A stretch of DNA of 58,949 bases, counting the filler, from Globobulimina sp. (lineage: Eukaryota): assembly GCA_003354225.1 (NCBI GenBank). It is 8 parts of 8 records of this genome, joined end to end, with 100 filler letters (N's around TTAATTAATTAA, not from the genome) between each part and the next. Parts side by side here need not be neighbours in the genome. Positions count along the whole stretch, not along the records: positions 44,322 to 51,587 come from PIVH01000176.1; positions 51,688 to 58,949 come from PIVH01000177.1; 6 more parts are not named here. The stretch is one strand, 5' to 3'. A program made the translations under genes and the position numbers. This document shows, piece after piece, positions 48,401 through 58,949 of this stretch. The notes beneath the pieces were generated by a model. That model had not been told where the DNA came from, did not search any database, and worked only from the letters and a program-made list of their open reading frames with translations. How positions within the stretch are numbered: position 1 is the stretch's first letter; every line of letters starts with the position of its first letter.

Positions 48401-49511
48401 TCCAACATTTTGTTTTATATTTTGAGAATTTTATCACTGATTCTTTCAATACAATTTTCCTGCTCATATCCAATAATTCAAACACATCCTTCTTTGAATT
48501 ATAATCTGCTTCCTTTTGCTTTTCCTGATTTGGTTTTAATTCAATATTTTTGGCGCTATTATTTTTCTCCATTTCTTGCCATCTCTCCACTGATTTACAT
48601 AATCTATCATAGAATTTATTATTGTTGTCATATTGTTTAAATATCTCATTGAAAGCAATAATATCTTTATGCTGCACTGTCAAATTCATAAAAAAAACAC
48701 CATCAAACATTTGCTGTATTTTATTAATATATTTCTCAAATTCCATAAAAAATAATGTATATTTTGGCAATATCGGTGCCTCATTATCGTGTTCTTTATT
48801 CTCTGTATCTGTGCTATCGACAAATAATCCGCTTTTTATCTCATTTGAATATAATGCTTTTAAACTATTTAAATAAAGCGGTATGTCCTTTGAAATGTTA
48901 TTAAACTGATTATGCAATTTTGCACCTAAAATGTCAACAACTTTCATTTGCTCATTTATTGAATGTAATTGTTTTTGTAATTTTCGAAATTGTTTAACAT
49001 CTGTCTCTGGCATAGAATGTACCAGATTTGGATATAGTTTTTGTAGTAATAACGTTGCTGTGGAAGGATTTGTTGTGGTTGGTTTTGCATTCAATTCTGC
49101 CTTACGAGTTGCAAAAGTTTGATCATCACAACCCATAAAACATTGATACACATCGGATTTGGTAAACGGTTCGATACTACGTAGTCGTAATAAGAAACTT
49201 TCTAACTCAATGCGTCTTTTTTGGATAAAGGAATCTGCGAAACGACCGAGAAACACTGGCGGTGGTAATGGTGGCACAAATAAACCCGGATAACATATCA
49301 ACAATAAACCACGCAACCATTTGAAATCATTGTATCTTCGAGTAATGGTAAACTCATTTTCTTCATTCTCAATGCAATATACTGTATATTTTGCTAGTGT
49401 GGAGGCTATAATTCCACTGGCAATCCTCGAGGACGATACTATCTTTAATGATGGCAATATTGTTTCTTCTCTTTGTTTATTTTTGTTCTTTTTTCGTTTC
49501 TTTTGTGACAT
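45500..49511 (-). pseudogene. PX + coiled-coil + degenerate Hsp70/actin-fold-like gene with two in-frame TAA codons
   Basis: PX motifs YTVY..ITRRYNDFKWL..VPPLPP..FIQKRRIELESFL; intron 47640-47565; Hsp70-like VYVGMNWG..SVGY, IEWKLSIP, IIICGELSE, KSWGI. TAA at 47542-47540 and 46708-46706, with the frame continuing after each. Confidence 0.6.
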
Positions 49512-49568
49512 TGTTATTGTGTTTTTGGAGTATTAAAGAGAAAAACCAAAAACAAATAGTTTAACAAC

Positions 49569-50320
49569 ATGGTCGAAGAGGATGATGCTAAATACACATT
49601 GTATGTTCTTGGTCCAGGTGCAGTGGGTAAGACCTCCCTAACAATAAGGTTCTTAAGTGACCATTTTATGGATGAAGTAAGTATATATATATGTACTAAT
49701 AAAATATATACACAATTCCCTACATATATATTAATATACAGTATGAACCAACAATTGAGGATTTTTATCGAAAAACAATAGATGTGGACGGCGTGAAATC
49801 TATACTTGAGATTTATGACACGGCGGGACAGGAAGAGTTCAGTACAATGCAAGACGAGTATTATCGCAGTGGGGATGGCTTTATATTGGTTTATAACGTA
49901 ACATCTGCGTTGTCAATAAACGAGATACAGGATACCTATGACAAATTGCTTACAGCACGAATTGCGATCAATAATAATGACGATGCCCCGGCACCGCCCC
50001 TTCTTTTGGCAGGAAATAAATGCGATTTATCATATAAACGACAAGTTTCTTATGATGAAGGAAAGCAATTAGGTATGAATTAATTTTAATTTATTTTTGT
50101 TTTAATATATTCGCAAAATCGCACTTGATATATGTCCATAGCCAAGCAATGGGAGTGTCCCTTTTATGAAACCAGTGCCAAGGATAAAATCAATATTGAT
50201 GTTATTTTTGAAATGCTTGTTCGTGAAATTGAAAAGAAAGAGAAAATTAACCAAAGGCAACAATCAAAACTAAACACAAAACCAGAAAATAAAGGATGTT
50301 GTGGATGTATTATATTATAA
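49569..50320 (+). CDS. Ras/Rap-family small GTPase; exons 49569-49676, 49742-50072, 50142-50320
   Basis: GPGAVGKT, YEPTIEDFY, DTAGQEE, NKCD, ETSAK, C-terminal CaaX CIIL; canonical GT-AG introns. Confidence 0.96.
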
Positions 50321-50714
50321 CATATATAACTTACTTTTTCGACTGTAACTAAAACCGTAATTATTTGTTATTAGTGTGCGTTCCGTTTATATTGTGTCTT
50401 TCAAATTGTTCGTGAAAATATTATTTTTGTTTAGACCCACGATTTTTTTTGTTTTTTTTATTATTTTGAGTGTTCAATATACATTGTCATATTTGATTTT
50501 GTGATTTTTGTGGATTTGGATCTCTCCCTGACTCTGTTGTAAAAAGTGTTGAATTATTTCAAAAAGTCCGCATTTGAATTGAACTTTTTTTTTGCATTGA
50601 GCATGGATCCTTGTTAGCTGATGTTGGACATTTTTATATTGCGTCAATATATTCATTAGTTTTAATTCCAATATCACCGATTTGTTTAGCATTATAAAAA
50701 AGAGAAGTTAAGCA

Positions 50715-51587
50715 ATGGGGAATTCTGCCAATACGAATGAGATAAACAACCCGAAACTATTATTCATTGGAAGAAATTCAGGCTATGAATTTGGATTAAA
50801 TCATAATCGTACATTGACACAATTGACTCAATGCAAACAAGAAGATATTAGCAAAATATTCGCTGGCTATGGATTTAATCTTTATTCCAATGATAATTTG
50901 GAGATGATATGGTCAGCAGGCGATAATAAACACGGACAGTGCGCAATTAGTGATGAGAGCGAAATAAAAAAATACCGAGAGATTACTTATTTTAAGCGAC
51001 ATAATATTGCACTTAAGAAAATATGTTGCTCTCCAATTGCATCCACTGTATATTTCATAACAAAGGAAAATAAAGTATATGGTGTCGGAGATAACTATTA
51101 TAATCAACGTGGAATACCGGTTGGTAGTAACAGAACATGTTCCACTCCAACCCTTATCCGTCAGTTACATGATGTGATTGACATTGTAATGGGAGGAAGA
51201 TTCAGCATTGCTTTGATTGATTGTAAGTGGCAATTTGCAGCAATTATAAGTAATTGGTGCAGGAAATATAAAGTTTTATTCAAAAATTCGTGCCATTCAG
51301 TAAAGTATTGTCAACTAGCAAAGCCAGAGGAAGTGGACACAAAACCGATGTTTTAATACAAAACCGATGTTCAATTAATTACGTGTATAACATGTATGAA
51401 TGGAAAGAAATTGAAGAGTTTAAATATATAAATATTATTAAAATATCAGCAGGAAATACACATTCATTGTTTTTGGAAGAAAATGGCATTGTTTGGAGCT
51501 GTGGAGCATATAAAGACGTACCAATTGTCAACGGTACAGGAAGTAGCGGTGCTGTGGTAAGGCAAATATGCTATTTTATGAGGAAAG
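50715..51587 (+). pseudogene. RCC1-repeat protein, frameshifted near 51270-51350 and truncated by the contig end
   Basis: RCC1-like WSAGDNKHGQC, VYGVGDNYYNQRG, ISAGNTHSLFL..VWSCG lie in two overlapping frames with no obvious intron between them. Confidence 0.6.
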
Positions 51588-51687
51588 NNNNNNNNNNNNN
51601 NNNNNNNNNNNNNNNNNNNNNNNNNNNNNNNTTAATTAATTAANNNNNNNNNNNNNNNNNNNNNNNNNNNNNNNNNNNNNNNNNNNN
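51588..51687. other. Artificial contig spacer
   Basis: 44 N + TTAATTAATTAA + 44 N. Confidence 0.99.
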
Positions 51688-52582
51688 CATTGTTATCTTT
51701 ATGACATTCATTTATTTTGAACGTACATTTCTTGTCAATGTTCTTTGATATAATGCGGATATTCTATTTCTCGCTTTTTTGTATATTATTTTGATTATAT
51801 TTAAAAGTTGATCCCAAGTTTCTATTGTGTTTGTTATGTGAATAAAAGAATATATTTCGCTGTTTTGAATAATATATATCAATCACTTTTATTTCAATCA
51901 CTTTTATTAACAGCGGATTTTATGAAGTTAAGGTCGACATGTTATTTGGTCTCTGTTTTATTATTTTGACGATCTGCTCTTATTCCATTCATTGCTAACA
52001 ACAACTCGATGGTCGTTCATTAATGTATTCCTTTGTAAGTCGTGTTTGTTTGTGCTGTGTTGGCCAACTTTCATGATCATATTATGTTTATTGTGTTGAA
52101 TACACATTCGTACGTCATCAAATTCTTCGTATTTGCATAGCGCAGCAATGATAGATTCAAGTAAATGTTTATATTTATATGTATAGTTTCCATTAATCGG
52201 TATGGTATGCGTACAATCACGAACTGGAGATTCAGATTCATTGTTTTCATCAAATAAAACAATATGATATACAGCTTCTGACTCCTGAATATATGTGTGC
52301 TGATTTTACTATTTAGACTGTGATCTGACATTCAATTCCATACCATTGGATTTACAAAATTACAAATGTTATTATCTATATGACTGTATACCGTAGCCTC
52401 AGACCGAGCTGGTGTGATGGTAAAGATTACACAGCAAACGTTTTCTCATGCTCGTAGTACAGTGATCTATCTGCTATTATCGATCAAAGATACATCTCCG
52501 TCAAAAAAAAAATGTATGACAATGTACTTATAATTACAAAAGAATGGTAATTTTAATTATATATAATAATGATGACATGACT

Positions 52583-54110
52583 TCAAGATACTATATTCCT
52601 TATGCCGTTGAGCCAGACCTCTCTATTTTGATTGGTCTCTGTCTCCAAAACCCATATTCTTTGCGGAGTATGCAGTTCAATGCAATTCGCATAATTATAC
52701 TGCTTCGGTTTTGCAGCAGAAATCTTTGTAATTTTATTCAATTCAATCATCCCTTTCTGTACAGACAACGTATCTCATTTCATTCCAATCATAAATAACA
52801 AAGAACCGTCGTTTCCAACTTTTATATTTTGGCCCAGTTTTCCTTAAATATCCGGAATGAAAACATTTACCAAAACATAACCTTTTCAACACTGACATCC
52901 ATTTCTTAAACACGCCCGAATCCGCACAGCTAAACACCCAAACTCTTTTATTTGTGACCAACTCAAATCCAAAGGAATTTTTATTCCCTTTCAATGACAC
53001 TGTTTTCAGCTTAAATGGACAGAATCCGTTCACCGCGTCTTGTTTTATTTTATTTACATCCATAATATCATTCTTTTTTGACTCAAATATTTTCGGCAAA
53101 TACATGTTTATGCCGGAAACCTGAGTTAAATCAACAAATCCTTTCTTTTCTTTATCTCCCGCTCTTTGAAAATACGCTAATTTTCTGTCCTTAAAAGCTT
53201 TGCAATATCTCAATTGCATCGCTTTGTTAATTTTTCCTTTTTTGTTCAGCCAGGATTCATAAATAATATTTGAGTTATTTGATTTATAAATATCGTCAAA
53301 CGAATCTTTTTTGGCACAAACGTTATTTGAATTTTTTGCAGAAACGTTATATAAATTCTGTGCTGAAACGTTTTGTCGTTTGACAACTTCCAAAGTAATC
53401 CGTTTTTCATCATCAATGCCTTTTCTTTTTGCCTGCCAATTTACATATTTTTTAATTTCTTGATTGTTTTGCGGTGCTGGAGGCACAAATGAGTCATGTT
53501 CGTGATCAACGGATTCTTCTTTCTCTTCGAATTCGTCTAATTGCTCCATATCAGTTATTCCAGTCTGCGACATAAAATTTCTGTTATTGTTGTTATAATT
53601 GTTATTATTTGTTGTTAATTGACCTGTTGATGCATAACAATTTTGATTCGTATTATTCCGAGCTTGTTGTTGAAATAATGTACGTGGAGATAGATATTGT
53701 TGTGGCTGTGGTTGTTGTTGTTGTTGCTGTTGCTGTTGCATTTGATACATCATTTGTTGCTGTTGTTGTTGTTGTTGTTGAGCCATAATTTGTTGATAAT
53801 GTGTAATATTCATAGCTGAATGGGATACATTTTGCTGTTGTTGATATCTTTGTTGCCACATTGCAATTTGCTGAGGTGAATAGTTATTGTTATTGTTGTT
53901 TGTGTTGAAATCATTTTGTTGCATTTGTTGTGGGTTAAAATGTAGATTTTGTGCAGATCCAGTCATTACCAAATGGTCATGCCATTGTTTTTGATGCTCA
54001 GCCATTAAATCAGGTAACGACGGCGCACTTAATGCTTGCTGATGTAATCGTTGTTGCATATTCACTTGTTGCTGCCCATATAAATGTTGTTGACTTTGCG
54101 AAAAAGCCAT
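52583..54110 (-). CDS. Q/N-rich protein with tandem PH domains (frame change near 52770)
   Basis: PolyQ/N N-terminus; PH1 YESWLNKKG..KKGFVDL..RVWVF; PH2 SGYLRKTG..WKRRFF, continuing as KGMIEL..RIWVL..REVW in another frame. Confidence 0.75.
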
Positions 54111-54156
54111 TGTTTGCTGAGTTAAATAAATGATTTTTTACCTGAGGTCGTGGCCA

Positions 54157-55330
54157 TTAGAGGCAAAATATAAAAACATCAACATAGTGATTAATATTAT
54201 AATTTGTGTTTAACCACAAAATCTGTTGCTTTGTACCAACAACTGCAATTTTACAACTCCCATCGATTTCTTTTTGAAATATTTTTGCTTTATTTGCGAT
54301 TTCAATAATATTGAGTTGATTTATTATCAAACAAACACAATCCATATATCCGTTACCCAATATTTGTCCCAATTGTTTACAATCTTTATTGCTATGTTTA
54401 AATCCAATATTTATTCCACCAAAATAAATCAACTTTGTTTTATTTTTTTTCTCAAATTCACCTCTTTGGATACATCTCAATGATGCAATATTTCTATGAT
54501 TCACTCTCATTCCTGAATCTCTAATAAATATTCCATTAATCACATTTGTTAAATCATAATCATTTATAAATTGAAATATAAATTCATCACAATTTATACA
54601 AAAACCCATTGTATTTAAATTGTTTATAATCTGTCTATTTTGTGCTGTCTTATTTTTTTTAATACGTTTAACATTATTTGATAAATAATTAAAATTAAAT
54701 TCAACGCCAATCCACAAATCATTGTATAAATCCCTTATTTTCTTAACATTGTATTCATTTAATTGATGATTGACAATTATTACAATTTTGTATACCAAAA
54801 AACTGTGACAATTATCATGCATCAATCAAACTATATACCTTAATAATATCAGCCAATAATTCTATATTTGTTTCATCGCCATTTGCAAAAATAATCCCTT
54901 TACATTTACATCTTTCTCTCTCCAACAATTGAACGAATCTATCAATTTTTATATCATTTGATATGTCATATTTTGCCAAACGAAGTACATTCTCGTTTTC
55001 CCCAAATACATTTATAAATTTGTTATTTATCATCTCTTTGTCTAATAAGTATTCACTTAATATCTCTTCATTACTCATTGGCAACTTTTCTTCTTTTGTA
55101 TCATCACTACATTTCATCTTTTTAGCAGCATTTGGTGTGTCACATACCTCACATTCATATAAACAAACCGTATTAATAAATGTACAAATTTTACATTGCC
55201 AAATTACATCATCATCGTCTCCAACACCATCATTATTAATTACTGATTGTGCGGATTTAGTATCACATTCCGACGCATCAAAGGTTGCTATCCATTGAAT
55301 TAAATCACTTATCTTATCACAGCTAGTCAT
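54157..55330 (-). CDS. RanBP2-type Zn finger protein, apparently frameshifted near 54820
   Basis: WQCKICTFIN..CEVC matches the RanBP2 ZnF. Two ORFs overlap by 11 nt in different frames. Confidence 0.55.
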
Positions 55331-55380
55331 GATTCACAAAGTGAAAAAATGTTAAATATTAATACTCAGCAAAAACATTA

Positions 55381-56949
55381 ATGAGACCATTGGTTCAAGC
55401 CTCTTTGCTTGTGCGCAAACACCAATATCCGTTACATCAGCATACCAGATATTGCCTCTCCTTCATCAATACACATGACAAGAACCAGATGGATGTGTTC
55501 ATAGAGAAACAGCGACTCAACAGACAAGCTTTGGGAATGAACATCCACCGCCTAACCAAAACTGTTCCCAACAAAACCTTTTCAGAAGTTCGCCACAAAA
55601 TTTTTAACTGTAAATCCACTCAAGAGCTAGACAAAATTCTGCAAACAAATGACAACTTAGATATCACTGCATACACTGCAGCGATCAAAAAATCCGGAAT
55701 CTTGCGCAACGTACAATTGTGCCAACATATTGTGTCACTGGCATTGGAGCACAAAAACTTAATTCCTTCAAACTGTTTCTATGGAACTTTATTCACTGCA
55801 TTTACGTTCAACGGTTGTCCGTTACGATGCAATTACTATTTGTCGCAAATGATAAATGTCTACAATCTCGCTCCAGACATAATTACTGCTACAATATTAT
55901 TGGGCGGCTGTACCAAAACGGGAAACGTTGTGAGAGCTAACAAAATCTGGGACATTATCAAGAAATGTAAGCTGGTCCCAACCGAAGTATCTTACCTAAA
56001 AATGATAGTCACCTACGGACAGAATGGGGACTGGCAAGGAGCTAAAATGTATTTTGACGAAATGGTGCGACATAATATTGTGCCTAATGTAGCAGTCAAC
56101 GGCGCGATGATGCATGCTTTTGTGAAAGGGGACCAAATCGACTCTGCATTGCAGATGAAAGAGGAGATGCATTCTCGTGGACAAATATTGAATTGCAGCG
56201 GTTACATACCATTGATTTCATATTATTTACGCGATGCAGATCAGCAGAATCCTGCGCAAGCATTGGAATTGTTGAATGAATGTTTGCTTCGGAACAAATT
56301 GGAGAAAATGAATGCGGCAATGATCGGTGTCAAACATGTTGCACTGTTAAAAACGTTGCAGAAGACAACAGATGAAAGTCAGAGGAAGTTATTGTTTGAT
56401 ATTATTAAGGATGCCGCCAATGAGCGGGCGTTAAATGGGTTGGATGCGTGGGATCATCCATGTGCTAATATCGTTTTTGGTGCATATTTGGAATATTATG
56501 GTCATAAGTTTGATGATGAACGGATCATTGCATGCTTTGAGGAACTTTGTGCGTTGGGTATGATTGGTTATTGGTATTACGATGATAAGATTGTACAATG
56601 GATGCTGGATTTGCATGGATTTAGTTATGAACAAATTGAGTTTGTGTTGCAGTATTTGATTAATATAAAGTCAGCGCAGTTGATTGATAGAATGGGGTAT
56701 GAATGGATTATTATATGTGGCAATCAACAGAGTAGTAAGCCCGATGCAAAAGAAGCAAGATGCGGAATTAAACAATTTGTGAAGGCTCGGTTGTGGCAAT
56801 TATTTGCAATACGAGCTCGCAGAGTTACACGGAATTCAGGGAGAATAATGTTGAATAAAGAGCAGATTAAGAGATATCTTGAGAAAAATAAATCAAAAAA
56901 CCTTAGTCGCAATAGTCGCATGCCTCAGCTCAAAAACATCACCTGTTAA
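55381..56949 (+). CDS. Pentatricopeptide-repeat protein with C-terminal Smr-like domain
   Basis: 35-aa PPR-like repeats (PDIITATILLGGC, PTEVSYLKMIVTYG, PNVAVNGAMMHAF); LDLHGFS..IIICG; basic, presequence-like N-terminus. Confidence 0.85.
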   Translation: MRPLVQASLLVRKHQYPLHQHTRYCLSFINTHDKNQMDVFIEKQRLNRQALGMNIHRLTKTVPNKTFSEVRHKIFNCKSTQELDKILQTNDNLDITAYTAAIKKSGILRNVQLCQHIVSLALEHKNLIPSNCFYGTLFTAFTFNGCPLRCNYYLSQMINVYNLAPDIITATILLGGCTKTGNVVRANKIWDIIKKCKLVPTEVSYLKMIVTYGQNGDWQGAKMYFDEMVRHNIVPNVAVNGAMMHAFVKGDQIDSALQMKEEMHSRGQILNCSGYIPLISYYLRDADQQNPAQALELLNECLLRNKLEKMNAAMIGVKHVALLKTLQKTTDESQRKLLFDIIKDAANERALNGLDAWDHPCANIVFGAYLEYYGHKFDDERIIACFEELCALGMIGYWYYDDKIVQWMLDLHGFSYEQIEFVLQYLINIKSAQLIDRMGYEWIIICGNQQSSKPDAKEARCGIKQFVKARLWQLFAIRARRVTRNSGRIMLNKEQIKRYLEKNKSKNLSRNSRMPQLKNITC

Positions 56950-57127
56950 TAGCACGAAAACGAAAGACTTGTTGCGCGTTGACAGACAAACATTATCACA
57001 CTATCTTGATTTTGAATTTTTCAGATTCCAAATGTATAATCCCTTTGAAAAACGTAATAGCAATAATTATTAGAAAAGTATAATAAAGCTCTACGTACAT
57101 ATTTTAAAAAAAAAGAAAACAAATAAA

Positions 57128-58949
57128 TTATTTTGCATCAACAAATGTTAATTTGAATTTAATTTGATTATCGTGATCAAAATATGAATTTAGAAAATGA
57201 TTCCAATCGCAGGAGAAGAAATCTTTCGAACCATTACCTTTTTGAAAATTCAATTGCATCATCTTATAATCGCTACACTGTAATGCATGATCATGGTTCA
57301 CCGTTTTTAATGAATATTTTATCCACATATGGTTAGTATGAGACGTATATTCAATACCTTGACAATATAAAAAGACGCCTACAGAGTCATCATATTCTGG
57401 CCTATGATTACTATCCAAATCATTACCTTTCCGAACTAAATCTAATGCGAATATAATACCATGCCATACCATATACGTCGATGTCACTCGGCTCCCAACG
57501 GATAAATTTAATAAATTTTCTTTCTGAAAAACAATTTCAAATTCATCATATTGTTTCACTTTGCGATATTTATCAATTTCCGATAAATTTCTATAAATAA
57601 ACGATTCCCAGTTCTTGTTCTCGTTGCAATTGTTAATATTATTAATAGGGATAAGGTTAGGCGGCAAAGCTATGGATGACGGCAATGGCCGCATTGCTTT
57701 ATGTTTTTGAAAATATCTATCGATATCTTTATATCTGCTTTGATGATTTGTAATATTTGTATTATTTAATAACGCAGCTTTGCTGCAAATGGATAATATC
57801 TTATTTAATGCTTTGTTATTACATTTGATTGCTTTATAATGCCTTACAATACATTCAATAAACCACAAATCTAATAAATGATAGCGTATATTCTCGTGGA
57901 TCGTACTAAATCTCTCCTTTACGCCTACACTGTTAAGGTCATCCTCGTCATTATGGTTATATTCCGCCCATTGCGTACATGCTAAAAAGACATCATTTTC
58001 ATTCCACGACTCAAATTCTGATGATTTTAATATTATATTAACAGCGCAGGCTGGTAAGGTTAAAAAGGACATATTCACAATTCCATATTCATTAAAAGCT
58101 AATGATTTATACCGTTTTTTTAAAGCATATTTGCCAATTTCTTTGATCCGATCTTTTATATTTAATGTAAAACATAAATATTTCTTATTATTTCCTATGG
58201 CGATTAATATCAAATATGATACTTCATACAATGTCATACCACCATTATCAAACAATACATCATAGCTTGCAAAAATATGTTGAATATGTTTATTTTGATG
58301 ATTTATGGCATTGTTTGTCTTCCTTGGCCTCTCTCGCAAGGCAATATATTTTAATCTTTTTATAATTAACGAATCAATATGTTTTATTTGATATTTTTCG
58401 GTTAAAATTAACATTTGAATCAAGGTCTCATAGTTTTCGATATGCTTTAAATACGTTTCAATGTTTGAATAATTTAAATGTAACAAACGAATCAATAATT
58501 CAAATACAAACACATTAAATATTGATACATGTAATACAACCAAAGAGCAATTCTTTTCGCTGAATGATGATTTTTTTGATAATAAATTACGAAAAAATTC
58601 AGATTTAATACTTAAGGCATAATTTGCGATTTTTATGATGCGATATTCATAGAAAATATTCATTGAATTTAATAATGATTTGGAGTCTGACGATATCAAT
58701 GTATTTGGCAATAAATAATCACAATAATTATAACTATTCACGTCATCACAAATATCATCGATGTCCAATCCGTTTATTTCAGTGTCGCTTAATAATTCGC
58801 TTGCAATTGAAGTCGAATCGTCGTCATCTGAGTCTTGCAATTGCTTTTCCTCCGCATCTGTATTATAAATAACAACCAAATGGCGGTCGCATAAATCATC
58901 AGCAGGTGGAGGTACAATTAAATCTAATTTGTGAATATCTTTCCAAAAC
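57128..58949 (-). CDS. BTB/POZ-BACK protein with C-terminal MATH-like beta domain, 5'-truncated
   Basis: LSIKSEFFRNLL, FELLIRLLH, EKYQI; BACK-like ENDVFLACTQW..IRYHLL; C-terminal VGVFLYC. Frame is open to the window end. Confidence 0.75.
   Translation of the reverse strand, partial: FWKDIHKLDLIVPPPADDLCDRHLVVIYNTDAEEKQLQDSDDDDSTSIASELLSDTEINGLDIDDICDDVNSYNYCDYLLPNTLISSDSKSLLNSMNIFYEYRIIKIANYALSIKSEFFRNLLSKKSSFSEKNCSLVVLHVSIFNVFVFELLIRLLHLNYSNIETYLKHIENYETLIQMLILTEKYQIKHIDSLIIKRLKYIALRERPRKTNNAINHQNKHIQHIFASYDVLFDNGGMTLYEVSYLILIAIGNNKKYLCFTLNIKDRIKEIGKYALKKRYKSLAFNEYGIVNMSFLTLPACAVNIILKSSEFESWNENDVFLACTQWAEYNHNDEDDLNSVGVKERFSTIHENIRYHLLDLWFIECIVRHYKAIKCNNKALNKILSICSKAALLNNTNITNHQSRYKDIDRYFQKHKAMRPLPSSIALPPNLIPINNINNCNENKNWESFIYRNLSEIDKYRKVKQYDEFEIVFQKENLLNLSVGSRVTSTYMVWHGIIFALDLVRKGNDLDSNHRPEYDDSVGVFLYCQGIEYTSHTNHMWIKYSLKTVNHDHALQCSDYKMMQLNFQKGNGSKDFFSCDWNHFLNSYFDHDNQIKFKLTFVDAK

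Noticed and set aside
15011-50320. Genome-wide ciliate-type TAA/TAG reassignment
   Set aside because: Long conserved ORFs have no internal TAA/TAG, and several end at TAA exactly where expected (e.g. Ras after CaaX).
53570-53930. (CAA/CAG/AAT)n tracts
   Set aside because: Ordinary polyQ/polyN coding low complexity.

Overview
This window is not one locus. It is eight unrelated contigs of ~7.3 kb (7292, 7290, 7288, 7286, 7284, 7281, 7266 and 7262 bp, in decreasing length) joined by identical artificial 100-nt spacers (44 N + TTAATTAATTAA + 44 N). The DNA is AT-rich and eukaryotic, with short GT-AG introns; gene content suggests a protist, possibly a foraminiferan/rhizarian (inference). Contig 1 is a DIRS/Ngaro-type tyrosine-recombinase retrotransposon. 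Its Zn-knuckle, RT/RNase H and recombinase ORFs do not overlap, and each opens at a phase-1 splice acceptor matching one phase-1 donor at the end of ORF1, which suggests expression by alternative splicing. Contig 6 is a putative large Mutator-like element: an intact DDE transposase, a 5-exon P-loop ATPase/SF3-helicase-like gene, a paralogue of that gene's last exon, a small basic ORF and tandem repeats. Host genes: a K+-independent H+-pyrophosphatase with a voltage-sensor-like N-terminal extension, a SulP/SLC26 transporter, a ~2270-aa Dicer with a split DUF283 and degenerate RNase IIIa, PH-WD40, SMB-EEP, DUF445, WDR33, Ras-family GTPase, PPR-Smr and BTB proteins, plus several disrupted genes (ART-like, PX/Hsp70-like, RCC1-like, PH). 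All family calls and splice models come from motif reading by eye; no searches were run.
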